Shown here: piece after piece, positions 12,752 through 27,618 of the stretch
Position numbering within the stretch: position 1 is the stretch's first letter
Layout: every line of letters begins with the position of its first letter
Source: Eledone cirrhosa
Taxonomy: Eukaryota
Assembly: GCA_964016885.1 (NCBI GenBank)
Contig: OZ024742.1
Span: forward strand, 62,620,001 to 62,684,000
Length of the DNA stretch: 64,000 nt
Direction of reading: 5' to 3'
Position numbers and translations under genes: made by a program
The notes under the pieces: generated by a model
What the model saw: only the letters and a program-made list of their open reading frames with translations
Database searches by the model: none
Told to the model about the DNA's origin: nothing

Positions 12752-13653
12752 GAGGGTCATATTTGTGTAATATTGCCAGAATTGATAACAGAACACACTC
12801 ACTGTTTGGTTGGTTTTCGCTTCTCGCTTCTGTGTCTTTTATATCGGTAATCTAATATACTCGGTCCTCAATGTTGCTATTGACTGACCGGCGGTCAAAA
12901 ATAATACAGATACAATATAGACACAAACACATATATATAGTTTATCATAAATCTTACGTTGCACATCTGCAACATCGTCAGTTGTGCTATATTTTCCTCC
13001 TGTTGTATTGTATGTCTACGCCTTTTTTATTCCGTCTGTCTATATATTTATTTATTTATTTGCTTGTTTGTTTATTTTATTTTGTCTTCTTTGCGCATGC
13101 GTTTGCGTGTGTGTATAGTGTTTTGTTTGCTGTGTGATGGGTGACTAGTGTGTGTTTATGTGCTTGTTGTTATTGTGCTTGTGTATGTATTTATTTATTT
13201 ATTTATTTATTTATTTATTTTATTTTATTTACTTATTTATACTTCTCTTAGGTCAGTGTTGTTTGTTTGGGTGTTGTTGTTATTCCATTCATTCTTTCTG
13301 TTTAGCCTTGGTCTTCTAATTTCTATTTCACTGGCCTCTCTGATTTGCCTATCTGCTGGGTCATTTCTATGTTTAGATATTATTCTAATTTCAATGTTGT
13401 CTATGTTACCGTCATGTTGTTGTCTAGCATGTTCGTATAGTACTGACCGGTTTTTTCGTCCGTTTAGTTCCCCCCAGTGTTGGTCTATCCTTTCACCTAT
13501 GCTACGAGCTGTCTCACCTATGTATGTTGTTGTCATGTTTCTGCAAGTACCCTCTGTACATCTTATGCTATAGACTACGTTTCTAGTTTTACAGTTTATC
13601 CGGGGGGTTCACCTTACATATGATACATTTCCTATTGGTACAGTGGGTTTTCT
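12748..13653 (-). mobile_element. PLE 3' fragment: GIY-YIG, 3' UTR, HHR and pseudo-LTR tail
   Basis: NCKTRNVVYSIRC..TYIGETARSIGERIDQH..R.IREA.EI..P.LNRKNEW; HHR CTGACGA-tgttgca..tgcaac-GTAA (mutated) at 12946-12986; ends at the ORF start MTLP. Confidence 0.85.
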
Positions 13654-13654
13654 G

Positions 13655-13724
<70 letters not shown>

Positions 13725-13740
13725 TTATTTATTTATTTAT

Positions 13741-16700
13741 TAAAATAACAGATTAAAGTTTAAGCAAAGAATCGCTGCTTTCAACCTTAACGGGATCTTC
13801 TGAAACTAAAGTCAATCTGTAAACGCAGAATATGTGGATATTTCAAAAAACGTTGCAAACGGAGGAAGACAGGAAGACGATACTTTGGTTCGTGGAAACG
13901 TTCCCTGACAAGAACGGGAAAAAACGAATATAATACGTCATTAATAGGGGCGATGAAAAACAATTACGCGCAAAGACAGAACCACGATTATGGTATAAAA
14001 GAGGTCGTAGACTAATGTTCTCTTAGGTGGTTCATAGAGACGTTCCCTGGCAATGAACGGAAAAAACGAAGATAATACGTCATATGTGGAGCGTAGAGAA
14101 CAATTGCACGCAAAGACAAAACCACGTAAATTGTATAGCTGAAGTCGTAGACTAAAATTCTAACTAGGAAACCGAATGAATCTCCGCTTCAGAGTTAAGA
14201 ATAAAGTAAATAAAATACAATACAGAGGTAATAGAAATTAAATAAATACATACACGCATGGAAATACGTACATACACAAGCATACGCGAAAAGACTTGCC
14301 ATAGGTATACAAAACCACGCACATATAAATATGTGTGTGTGTATGTGGGTGTATACAAATAAATAAATAATTAAATAAACGTATATAAATATATAAATAC
14401 GTATATAACAAGCGCACACACATACTTACATGTAAATACACAAATGTTCGCTAAATCTACGTCAACCAAAACATGAAGTACACATATACACACACCCTAC
14501 ATACGTACGAACCTGCATACTCACACAGACTCAAAACTTCCGTATACACATTACCAAACCATATGTACCAGAATATATAAAATTATACGCCATAACATAT
14601 ACAATCAAATATACGTACGAGAAAGTATACGTACCTTCACAAAACATACAGGTAATAAATACTTACCTATGCAAATAAGTAATGGTATAAACAAAACATA
14701 TACTTAGCTACCACATCAAGACGTAAAATATCCACGTATAGATCGTACTATCCGTTAGGGTATAACGTGGGGCTGTAATAGAGGAAAGTTTTGTGCAATT
14801 CATGTTTACAAGCTGAAATCTTTTGTTTAAGATGTGATCTGTGGCGTAGATTATTTCTAGGGCCTCAGCGGCGCAGAGGTCACATGGTCTTTTATTTCCG
14901 TTATACGATCTAGCCCTAGCTAGGATCTTTCAGTGTAATTATATTGGGTGTGGTTGTCTTTTAGACTCCAGATATAAGCTGAAAGTGACGTCATATTCCT
15001 TCTTAGAGGGCAACGAAAAGAATGGGTATGCATGACGCTGCTTGAATCTATTGGCGGTTAACCCTATGTAGGCCCTACGGGACGTGAGTGTTTCAACCTT
15101 ACATTTGTAGACAATGTTACTAGAGAAGCATTTCCCGGATAGGGGTCAATCAACCCGATTCCTACAATTACAGTTAGTACTAACTACAGGGTTGCACGTG
15201 TTCCTACGGCTAGGTAGTTTAGCTAAATTTGAAGCTGTCATGTTATGTGCAAAGTTAGGAGTCGTAGAGTAAGAAATTTTAATAGTATTTCTATTAAAAA
15301 TTTTACTATATTTATGTGTAGGGGAAAATGCTTCGTAATAAGGGAAAGAAAGATCTTAGCTAATGGTGTGGCCACCTCCATATTATATGGTGGGTTATAC
15401 CAACAAATTCGACGGGATCTATTTCTTCTAGGTCTATTTTCGTACTCTGTATATGCTACCTTATCGACAAATCCACTTCGAGCAACAGCTTCATTTTAAT
15501 AATTGGAATGGTCGTTGAAAATATGCTCGTTAGTAGATAGACGGGAAAGCCTCAACGAAACGTTTCTTACCATGTTCTTGGTTATGCTGGTAGGATGGTT
15601 GGAATGCTTACTTATGTAATTAAGCGTATCATTCGGCTTTCTATATGGGTAATAGAACCCATTCGATAAATTGAGGTTAACGTCGAGCTAATTAACGACG
15701 GAGAGATTGGCCTCAACCTGTATAGAGAGGTTGAAGCCTTTAAAGAAGACTGAATTCTTTTCTGAACCTGTCGCAAGCACGAGGTCCGCACTTAGTCATG
15801 GTCAAAAGACCATCATCACGGTACAAACCACCGCCCGTGTTGGGGAATTCGTCCTTGATAGAGAAAAGAAGGAAAAGACCGATAAGATCAGTAACCTCCG
15901 CAGAATCACTCGCGCCCATACTCACGTAGAATGGGGTACTATTGGATTTTTTAATCCAAATAGAGTCGTCGAAATTAATCACCAACTTACAGGTATTGAG
16001 GATGACATCAACTTCGAAATCCTTAACCACTGTGAGTGTTTTAGCGAAATTGATAGCTCTAAGGAGAAGTGGTAAAATGATGGAGGAGTAGTAATTGTTG
16101 ATGTCGAATTGGATAAAACGGCAATGTTCCTTGTTGCATATGCCGTTGAACCAATCAATCACCGCGAAAGAATTGTTCCACAGTGCAAGAGGGGCCAAAC
16201 TTCTAATTACAGGTATAATTCTATCAAGAATCCTTTTACTAAGTCTACCTAAATCAGACTTCGTAGGGTTAATAAGCCGAATAGAGGGGTTGTTCGCAAA
16301 ATTGAATTTGTGATCCTTCAGGGTAAAGTGGGGAGAAATAGGGTCCAGAGGTTTGGTCCGGTCCAGGATGTTGAGATCAGAGGTGATTTAAACCCAGCAT
16401 CGTTGATTTCATTGATGACGCACCGATTAGTTTTACGGTAATCCTTAGTTACAGCATTATGTAGTAGTTGATGGTAAGTACTGCGCTCCACTTGATATAG
16501 GTTGCCAGTTTTGTCGGAATGGATGTGCACCGCATTAGAATCCTTAATAGAACGAATTCTATTCTTCAGGTCCTGCTGGAAGGAATTGCTCCTATTCCGA
16601 AATTTGATACTCCGTATGAGTTCCAAGACATCATTTTCGAAGGGTAGCAATGCTGGGTTACACGGGGGGTTATTATAGGTTTTAAACCCAAATTTATCCT

Positions 16701-16960
16701 GTTTGTTGTCTGCTTTTCGCGGATTATCGAAATAAAAGGCACGCCAACGCAACCTTTTAATGAACGCGTCTGTTTTCTGTATCAGGAGTTTTAGGTATGT
16801 TTTCCTTGTAGAAATATTCAGATGTTGTTTCTGCATGATGAATATAAGTCAATAGAGTGCTCAACCGAGGGAGCCAAATAGTAATAATAATAAATGTGAA
16901 GACTAAAATCCAAAGAGGGCTCGATAAGGATAAATATATATCAAATATATAAGAAACGTA
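13741..16960 (-). mobile_element. Near full-length PLE (RT YRDDGL + C-terminal GIY-YIG, possibly Hydra clade), disrupted
   Basis: FIKRLRWRAFYF, DKTGNLY, FIQFDINNYYSSI, MGASDSAE, GLYRDDGL, CNCRNRVD.PLSGKC, YIG; about 141-nt tandem duplication in the 3' UTR; same family as 50773-53662. Confidence 0.9.
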
Positions 16961-17155
16961 GAGCAAATATATATATTTATCAATGTGTATGTATGTGTTT
17001 ATGTGTGTATATGTATGTATATGTATGTATGTGTGTATATATGTATGCATATGTATGTGTGTGTTTGTCTGTATGTGTGTATGTGTATGCGTATGTGTAT
17101 ATGAGAATTTGTATATGTATGTATATGTATGTATATATGTATATATATATGTATG

Positions 17156-17188
<33 letters not shown>

Positions 17189-17270
17189 GTGCATGTATAT
17201 ATATATATCTATGTGTATATGTATATATATCTATGTGTATGTGTATATATATATATATATATGTGTGTGT

Positions 17271-17334
<64 letters not shown>

Positions 17335-17559
17335 TTGTATGTGTACATATATATATATATATATGTATGTGTGTGTATGTATGTGTGTATATATGTATGT
17401 GTATGTGTATATATGTATGTATGTGTATATATGTATATATGTGTGTATATGTGTATATATATATATGTATGTGTGTATTCGCATGTATGTGTATACACAT
17501 ATATATGTGTGTATATGTGTGTATGTGTGCATATATGTGTATATGTGTGTATATGTATG

Positions 17560-17596
<37 letters not shown>

Positions 17597-17601
17597 ATAT
17601 A

Positions 17602-17642
<41 letters not shown>

Positions 17643-17771
17643 GTGTGTGTATGTATGTATATGTATGTGTATGTATATATATGTGTATATGTATATATAT
17701 ATATACATATGTATGTGTGTGTGTGTATATATATGTATATATATGTATGTGTATGTATATGTATATTTGTA

Positions 17772-17855
<84 letters not shown>

Positions 17856-18127
17856 TATAGTCTTTAAGACTATACAGAGCATTTGTAGTTTTTCCAAATT
17901 GAAGGATGAGTATCTTAAACTTTATTTTATTCTGAGTTAAGGATCTATTGATTTTTCCCTCGATTTCACCAAATTCTGTGGATGAATCTATATCCTGATT
18001 CTTTTTTAATTGAGTTTGAATTATTTCCCCACATCTTACGTTAACTATTTTTCCATTTTGACGCTATAGTCACTTATATATTATGGAATACTGTTGGCTT
18101 CTTGCTACAATAATTTCTATACTTTTC

Positions 18128-18170
<43 letters not shown>

Positions 18171-18765
18171 CTATAACACACCGTAACCTCTGATCATGTA
18201 ATCATCTTGTCGAACATATCACCCCATCACCACCATCATCACCATGTCCACAACACACATCGCCGTACGTCCATAAACACCTTCTAACCGGTATTCGATC
18301 CTGTATATATATTTTTGTCCCTTACAACTCCACCACCACCACCACAAAACACAACTCCATACTTCACCAACACCAACACCGCACACCCCCACTCCCCAAC
18401 CAACAATAGCGTGTGTGTCGGTGTGTAAGTATTCTTACACATACGGACGTATGAGTGTGCATGCGTATACGCATAGTTATTGTATGTGTGTGTGTGTATG
18501 TGAGCGCAGGTGTATACATGTGTGTATGTGTGGGTACGTATCTGTATATATATGTGTATGTGTATGCGTATGTGTATGTGTGTGTGTCTATATGTATGTG
18601 TCTGTATGTGTGTATATGTGCACGTCTACATATATGTATATGGGTGAATCTGACTATATGTGTAGGTAAGCTCATGTACGTGCATGTATGTGTATATGTG
18701 CGTGTATATCTGTGTGTTGTCTGTACATGTGTGTGTGTATATATATATGTATATATATATATATA

Positions 18766-19339
18766 GTTATATTTGGGGAGGGTCATATTTGCGTAATATT
18801 GCCAGAATTAATAACAGAACACACTCACTGTTTGGTTGGTTTTCGCTTCTCGCTGTCTTTTATATATATATATCTGCGATCTAACTTACTCGGTCCTCAA
18901 TGTTGCCATTGACTGACCGGCTGTCAAAAATAATACATATACAATATAGACACAAACACATATATATAGTTTACATAATTTACATAAATCTTTCGTTGCA
19001 CATCTGCATATAATGAATATAACACCACTGACGATGTTGCAGATGTGCAACGAAAGATTTATGTAAATTATGTAAACTATATATATGTGTTTGTGTCTAT
19101 ATTGTATCTGTATTATTTTTGACCGCCGGTCAGTCAATGGCAACATTGAGGACCGAGTAAGTTAGATCGCAGATATATATATATAAAAGACAGCGAGAAG
19201 CGAAAACCAACCAAACAGTGAGTGTGTTCTGTTATTAATTCTGGCAATATTACGCAAATATGACCCTCCCCAAATATAACAATATCTGTTTCGACACACG
19301 ATTTCATATAAAAAACCTCGCAAAACTAATTCATCGCCG

Positions 19340-19340
<1 letters not shown>
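18766..19340. repeat. Inverted pair of PLE pseudo-LTRs with an HHR at the junction
   Basis: About 18768-19010 is the reverse complement of about 19037-19280; + strand CTGACGA t gttgca gatg tgcaac GAAA gattta at 19028-19061; tail encodes MTLPKYNNICFDTRFHIKNLAK; same family as 12748-13000. Confidence 0.85.
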
Positions 19341-19401
<61 letters not shown>

Positions 19402-20421
19402 GTGTGTATGTATATATATATGTATGTGTATATATGTGCGGGAGTATACGTGTGTGTGAGTGTGTATGTGTATATTTTGTATACGTGAGTGTGAGTGTGT
19501 ATGTGTATATTTTGTATACGTGAGTGTGAGTCCATGTGCCCATACCCATATGTGTGTATGGGTATATGTATGTGTATGTATGTATGTAAAACACCTTCTA
19601 CATCGCCTCTCACCTTCCCCCATCTCCGTCGTTCGCCACCCCCAACGATACTCCCCCACTCTCCATATTCGTGGCCGCATGCGCACACGCACATACATGT
19701 GTGTACATATACATATGGCTGTGTGTGAGCGTGTGTCGATATGTGTGGGCAAGGATGTGCGTATGTGTTTTGTGGTGGGTGTGTTTATACAACAATATGT
19801 GTGCACATATATACCTATATGTGTGTGTGCCTATACGTATATGCAAAGCATCTGTCAGACGATGAGCGTCTAACTATGTATCTAGGTAATGACCTTGACG
19901 CCACCAATACATCCACCACACCACCACAAACGCCACTACCATAGACAGCGGCACCAATACCACACCCCCACACACACGCCCAGCCGTCTACTGACAACCC
20001 ACTAACCTCACACCACAGCCCATCCCACCAAGCAACCATAACCACCACCATATCATAACATCCACCCCACATACTCTACACGCCAAGGCCAATCAATCAC
20101 CACCACACCACAGCCCATCTCATCCACCCATCGTCACCAACATCTCACCATGACACCCACCCCCATATACACTACAGGCCAGTACATCGCCTTGATCCTT
20201 CCCACCAATCAAAACAACTCATTTTGTCAAACTCTTGAATATCTGACTTTATCACATAGCATGTATTTCATTTTCTTATAGCATTTTAAGAGGGTCCGTC
20301 GAGCTGCGGATTATTGAGTCGGGTAGGATCGATATAGATCGAACCTTGAGCTGATCAGTGGCGAAACGCGCGTCACCTATCAATAAATGCAATGAAGGAA
20401 TAATCAATCGTCCTTTTTATC

Positions 20422-20524
<103 letters not shown>

Positions 20525-20544
20525 TATATATATATATTTATGTT

Positions 20545-20593
<49 letters not shown>

Positions 20594-20723
20594 ATGTTAT
20601 GTATATATGTCTATGTCTATGTGTATGTATGTATGCATGTATGCATGTATGTATGTATGTATGCATGTATGCATGTATGTATCAATAAATGCAATGAAGG
20701 AATAATCAATCGTCCTTTTTATC

Positions 20724-20779
<56 letters not shown>

Positions 20780-20958
20780 GTCTATGTCTATGTGTATGTA
20801 TGTATGCATGTATGTATGTGTATGTATGTATATGTATATGTATGTATGTATGTATATGTATATATACATGTATATGTCTATGTGTATGTATGTATGCATG
20901 TATGTATGTGTATGTATGTATATGTATATGTATGTATGTATGTATATGTATATATACA

Positions 20959-23900
20959 TTCTTCTGGAAAGGAAGAGATGAAGGAACCAGAAGAGAGGCT
21001 GGGGTAGGATTTGCTATTAAGACTGTGCTTGTGAACACATTAGAAGAATTCTCAGTAGGGATTAGTGAGCGTCTTATGTCCATGAGAGTTCCGCTGGACA
21101 AGGGAAGATATGCTACCCTGGTGAGTGTGTATGCTCCAACTGTGAGTTCTGTCGATGAGGAAAAGATGTCCTTTTACCATGCCTTGAAATGTGTTTTAAG
21201 AAATATCCCTCAGGCAGACAAAGTCATCGTGCTTAGTGACTTTAATGCTAGAGTGGGTAGAGATTTTAACACATGGAATGTAATCGGAAGGCATGTGGTG
21301 GGAAAGTGTAACAGCAAGGGTATGCTCCTGCTGCAGATGTGTGAGGAGCTGGATCTGTGTGTTACCAACACCATGTTCCAACAAAAGAACAAATTCAAGA
21401 CCACATGGATGCATCCTGCATCTAAGGAATGGTATCTTTTGGACTACGTCCTAGTCAGGATGCATGACAGACAGGATGTGCAGTGTGTTCGTGTTCTTCG
21501 TGGAGCTGAGTGCTGGACGGATCACCGCCTGGTACGCGCAAAAGTGAAACTAATCACTAAACGTAAAATCCGGGCTCCTGGTGTTGCCCTGCCCAAAAGA
21601 TTGAATGCTGCTCGTCTTAAGGATAAAAATGTGAAGAGGACATTGGAAGAAGAGATGCAGGCTGCAGATCTTGGTGAGGATGGGCCGACCCTTAAAAAGT
21701 CGGTTTATGATGTAGGCAGGCGTGTTCTGGGATTGGCGCAGAGGAAACATAAGGACTGGTTTGATGAGAATGATGTACATATAGAAGACTTGTTGGCTGA
21801 TAAGAGGCGTGCTCTGTCACGCTACTTGACGGCAAAACCACATGAGAGGAATACGTTGCATGAGGAACTCAGGGATGTAAAATCACCTGTTAGGCGGAGT
21901 CTTTCTCAGATGAAGGATCAGTGGTGGAGTGAGAAGGCTGGTGAGATACAAACTGCGTCTGATTCCAATAACACAAAGCTGTTGTACAGTCTCTTGCGTG
22001 AGGTTTATGGACCGTGTTCTTCTCTGGTGACACCGCTTCGCAGCAAGGATGGCAAAGAACTTCTTCGTGACTCACAAGGAATTCTACGAAGGTGGCGAGA
22101 GCACTTTGATGATCTTTTGAATCAGCCGTCTGTCGTCAGTGAAGATTTCCTCAATCTCATTCCAGAAAGTCCTGTGAAAGTAGCTCTCGCAGAACCTCCG
22201 ACACTTGTGGAGGTTGCAGTGGCTATTTCGAAGCTGAACAGTGGAAGATCTCCAGGTATGGATGGTATACATGCTGAGCTCCTACAATATGGTGGTGAGA
22301 GACTCCTGCAACATCTTCACTCTTTGTTTGGCAGGATATGGGCTAATGAATCCGTACCTGAGGACTGGAGAGATGCAGTAATGGTGGTCTTGTACAAGGG
22401 AAAGGGTAACAGGAATGATTGTGGGAACTACAGAGGTATATCATTGCTTTCTGTCGTAGGGAAGGTTTTATGTAGGGTGCTTCTGGACCGTCTGCTGACA
22501 CACATTGCAGATCGTGTTCTTCCTGAAAGTCAATCTGGTTTTCGTGCTGGACGCAGCACTACTGATATGATCTTCTCAGCTAGACAGCTCCGGAAGTGCA
22601 TGGAACAAGGCTTGGATCTGTATCAGGTTTTTGTCGATCTGACAAAAGCTTTCGATACTGTTAACAGAGATGCATTATGGAAGGTTCTCCAGAAACTTGG
22701 TTGCCCTGATAAGTTCCTTGCTTTAGTTAGGTCTTTCCATGACGACATGAAGGCTTGGGTTAATGTCGGGGGTAACATGTCGGAGCCTATCACAGTAAAA
22801 AAAATGGAGTGAAGCAGGGGGATATTCCAGCACCGACCCTGTTTGCCATGTACTTTGCAATGGTTTTCTGTATTGCATTCAGGAATTGCGAGCATGGTGT
22901 TTACATCCGATATCGAACATCAGGCGCTTTGCTGTGAAGACAAAAGTGTTTACATCAATCATAAGAGACCTCTTGTATGCAGATGATTGCGATCTTGTAG
23001 CGCACACAGAGAGTGATATGCAGCACATTTTGAATGTATTTTCTGACGCTTGCACTGCCCTAGGTCTGACTGTCAGTCTCAAGAAAACCGTCGTCATGTA
23101 CCAACCTGCCCCTGGTAAGCAGTACACTGAACCAAACATCTATGTGTATGGCAAATGACTTGGAGTGGTTGATCAGTTTGTCTACCTGGGAAGCACTGTC
23201 AATCGATACAGCAACCTTGACAGTGAAATCTCACTTAGGATTAGGAAAGCAAGTGATGCTTTCGGAAAGCTAGAAAGACGACTCTGGGGTCGGCGAGACA
23301 TATGCAGGAGGACAAAGGTAAAGGTGTACAGGGCATGTGTGCTCTCTTGTCTTCTTTATGCCTGCGAGACCTGGGTCACATATCGACACCACCTTAAGCA
23401 ATTGGAGCGTTTCCATCAGATGTGTCTCAGACGGATCCATGGCGTTCACTGGAGGGACCACATCAGTGATGTCGAGATTTTGGAAAGCTCTATGTGTGAC
23501 AGTATAGAAGCTCTTGTGCTTAATCAACGACTCCGTTGGAGTGGTCACCTTGCCAGGATGAAGGATTCTAGAATACCAAAACAACTCTTTTATGGAGAGT
23601 TGGTTAAAGGAAAACGACCGCCACATAAACCAAAAAAGAGGTATAAGGATTCCTTGAAAGCCTCTCTGAAAGACGCTAACATCTATGCTGATACATGGGA
23701 GAATATTACTGCTGATCTTAATAAATGGAGAAAGACTGTATACGAGGGAAAAGTTGGCTTTGAGGCATCTCGAATCGCATACGAGAAAGTAAAGCGGGAT
23801 GTGAGGAAGGGCATTGCTGTTGCACTTCCAGACGGCGAGGGTCCTCATATGGTGCTGACATGCAGCGTATGTGCGAGACTCTGCCTAAGCAAAGCTGGAC

Positions 23901-24461
23901 TCGAAAGTCATCTTCGCAGTCATAAAGTAAGACCAGTGGTTGACTACCAGGCTGCTGTTGGAGATGCTACTCATCATGCTTGCCAAACATGTGGTAGAGA
24001 ATGTAAATCAGCAGGAGGGCTCAAGCGACATGCAAAAGTACACGAACTCCAACCAATGCCGACTATTCCCAGTGAATGTTTTGGTTGCCGACTCTGTGCA
24101 AGACATTTTAGATCATTGGCTGGGCTAAAAAGCCACATTCGATCGCAGCGCTGTTAGTTGCTATCGTGTGTGTGTGTAGATATGCTTATGTCTGTGCGTG
24201 TGTGTGTATATATATATGTATATGTATATTATTATTGTTGTTGTCGTTATTATTATTGTTGTTATTATTATTATTATTATTATTGTTATTAATGTATGTG
24301 TGTGTATATGTGTGTGTGGGTGTGTGTGTGTATATATGTGTATGTATATGTATATATATATATATTTCTTTTTTTTTTATTTTTTTTTTTATTCATTTAT
24401 TATTATTTTTTTTTTTTTCTCGTGCAATGGCCATACTCGATAACGAGGGGGCAGCCATCAT
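20959..24461 (+). mobile_element. RTE (BovB-like) LINE, 5'-truncated: APE endonuclease, RT and C2H2 fingers
   Basis: GVGFAI, SVYAPT, DFNARVG, LDYVLV, TDHRLV; SPGMDGI, NYRGISLL, QSGFR, FVDLTKAFD, LLYADD; frameshifts and stops at about 22800-23160; 3' stem-loop near 24428-24460. Confidence 0.95.
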
Positions 24462-24474
24462 ATGTATATATATA

Positions 24475-24514
<40 letters not shown>

Positions 24515-24692
24515 TGTACATATATATGTATATGTATATATGTGTGTTTATGTGTGTATATATTTATATATATATATATATATATATATTTGTTTTGTGT
24601 ATTTATGTATTTATGTATATGCGTTATATGTGTATATGTGTAGATGTGTTTGTATATGTTTGTATATGTTTCTATATGTGTATATTTATATT

Positions 24693-24770
<78 letters not shown>

Positions 24771-25211
24771 TGGGTGTGTGTGTGTCGGTTGCAACCAGCA
24801 ATATAGCTTAAAAGAAACGACAATAATAATAGGCACCCAATATTTGAACTGGTTTATAGAATTCTCTTGGTCTTTGTCACTCTAAGTAGAGCTTTAAAGA
24901 ATTAGCTTTTAAAGAATTTCCCTTTTCTTTAAATCCATCAACCATGACCGACCCCCAAACATCTTATAGACACCTGAAATATAGGCATGGTTAGCTTAAG
25001 AGAAACTTAAAAATTAGAAGTGGCACTCCAATTTGAACTTGTTTATAGAATTCTTTCTGCCTTTGTCACTCTAAATATAAATTCTAGCCTTAAATAATTA
25101 GCTTTTAATGAATTCTCTTTTCTTTCAACCAATGACCTCCACCCATCCAACTCCCCACCCTCTCCTACCACCAGAAAAGATATAAATACCACCACATTTA
25201 TTTGGACCGTC

Positions 25212-25262
25212 AGATTCCTGATGATTTCTAAAGAATGAAACAGTTCTAGTCCTGTAGAATCT
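25212..25262 (+). ncRNA. Type I hammerhead ribozyme, intact core, in a PLE pseudo-LTR (about 24798-25345)
   Basis: agattc CTGATGA t-ttc-taaa-gaa-t GAA acag ttctagtc ctgt A gaatct: all three stems pair, GUA cleavage triplet. Confidence 0.88.
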
Positions 25263-25346
25263 CATCTATATTAAAACTGTTATACTCTGCTATGTATTGA
25301 GTACTTTACTTACTGCGGTTACCTCCGATTCAACGCGGAATAACTT

Positions 25347-25456
<110 letters not shown>

Positions 25457-25720
25457 GGAAAAGAATGAAACGAAATTTCATTTCTCACTCTTAGTACGGC
25501 TGATACCTAAATATAAGTAGGTATACGTACATACATATATGTGTACACAGGTACAGTAGTATGTATATATATACATACATGCACATATATATATATGTAC
25601 GTATGGGTTTACCGAACATTTATTATAATGTTCGGTTTGTTTGTAAACAAACAGCCCGTATTACGCCGTACAATGCTCGGCTACCATCGTCGCCCTTTTG
25701 TTCAACACAGACACAGGAAG

Positions 25721-25760
25721 GATGTACTAGTTTCAAGCTTATTAGCTATCGTCAGCATCG
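25721..25760 (-). ncRNA. Type I hammerhead ribozyme, intact core
   Basis: gatg CTGACGA t-agct-aata-agct-t GAAAC ta GTA catc. Confidence 0.88.
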
Positions 25761-26152
25761 TATACCTTTCTGTCAGATGATTGAACGTTTTGAAAGTATA
25801 TACTTTCCTTATGAATATTAATGGCTGAGCAGCCTAATTTGCATATCGAGTGAGTTACTCGGCCGGGCGCACCGAAAACGATAAATGAAAAAGAATGAAA
25901 CGAAATTTCGTTTCTCACTCTTATTACGGCTGATACCTAAATATAAGTATGTATACGTACATACATATATGTGTACACACGTACAGTAGTATGTATATAT
26001 ATACATACATGCACATATATATATATGTACGTATGGGTTTACCGAACATTTATTATAATGTTCGGTTTGTTCGTAAACAAACAGCCCGAATTACGCCGTA
26101 CAGTGCTCGGAAACCATCGTCACCCTTTTGTTCAACACGGACAGAAAGGTAT

Positions 26153-26195
26153 ACGATGCTGACGATAGCCAATAAGCTTGAAACTAGTACATCGT
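26153..26195 (+). ncRNA. Type I hammerhead ribozyme, intact core
   Basis: acgatg CTGACGA tagccaataagctt GAAAC ta GTA catcgt; 6-bp stem I. Confidence 0.88.
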
Positions 26196-26790
26196 TCCTG
26201 TGTCAGTGTTGAACAAAAGATCGACGATAGTTGCAGAGCACTGTACGGCGTAATTCGGGCTGTTTGTTTACAAACAAACCGAACATTATAATAAATGCTC
26301 GGTAAACCCATACGTACATATATATGTGTGTGAATGTATATATATATATATATATATATACATACTACTGTACATCTGTACACATACATGTATGTACGTA
26401 CACATACTTATATTTAGGTATCAGCCGTACTAAGAGTGAGAAATGAAATTTCGTTTCATTCTTTTCCATTTATCGTTTTCGGTGCGCCCGGCCGACTAGC
26501 TCACTCGATATGCAAATTATACATATATACGCAAATTAGGCTGCTCAGCCATTAATATGCATAAGGAAAGTATATACTTTCAAAACGTTCAATCATCTGA
26601 CAGATAGGTATACGATGCTGACGATAGCTAATAAGCTATCGTCAGCATCGTATACCTATATAATTCGGGCTGTTTGATTAAAAACAAACCGAACATTATA
26701 ATAAATGTTCGGTAAACCCATACGTACATATATATGTGTGTGCATGTATGTATATATATACATACTACTGTACGTCTGTACACATATATG

Positions 26791-26925
<135 letters not shown>

Positions 26926-26934
26926 ATGTTATAA

Positions 26935-27157
26935 ACAACATAAGATAATTAATTCATTTACGAGTTGTTTCTTGAAACCAAACATATTTGCTTTCAGTCA
27001 TCAGAATGAAAAAATCCTGGGGTATTTATTGAAAGTGGATTTGAAAAACAAAAATATAATAAATATGAAAGTGAGGCTGGAGGAAGAAGAAAATGAGAAA
27101 AATAATAATAAATATAAAAGTATATAACACGCGTACTCACACGTATACATATATATA

Positions 27158-27239
<82 letters not shown>

Positions 27240-27468
27240 CACATGCACATAAATACACAAACACACACATATATATATATACATACACACACATACATAT
27301 ACATATATACACACATACATACGCACCCACATATATAGATATATACATACACACGCACACACACACATATAATTATAAATACACCAGGATTTTTTCATTC
27401 CGGTGACTGAATGCAAATTTGTTTGCTTTCAAGAAACCACTGGTAAATGTAATAATTATCTTATGTTA
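26935..27468. repeat. Diverged inverted repeat pair (about 26935-27025 / 27378-27468)
   Basis: aacataagataatt..cttgaaa..gaatgaaaaaatcctgg is mirrored on the opposite strand. Confidence 0.55.
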
Positions 27469-27546
27469 TTAAATTACATAACTAATAAGCTCTGTAACCT
27501 ACATAGAGCACTCTTTTTTCCTGGACCTTTCCGACGGGAATACTTC

Positions 27547-27587
<41 letters not shown>

Positions 27588-27618
27588 AAGAATCAAAGAA
27601 CTGTTCAAAACATTATTG

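Noticed and set aside
11866-17940. Long YI/CV/HT-rich ORFs of up to 315 aa, here and throughout the window
   Set aside because: Translations of (TA)n/(TG)n microsatellites, which lack stop codons in several frames
20351-20378. ctgatcagtggcGAAACgcgcGTC as a complete hammerhead
   Set aside because: Only the 3' half is credible and there is no stem I partner; counted as a remnant
20770-20958. Start of the 680-aa ORF
   Set aside because: The first 60 or so codons are microsatellite; the LINE is 5'-truncated at about 20959
26970-27015. CTGATGA-ct-GAAA on the minus strand as a minimal hammerhead
   Set aside because: No stem II, poor stem I, and the inverted partner copy lacks the core
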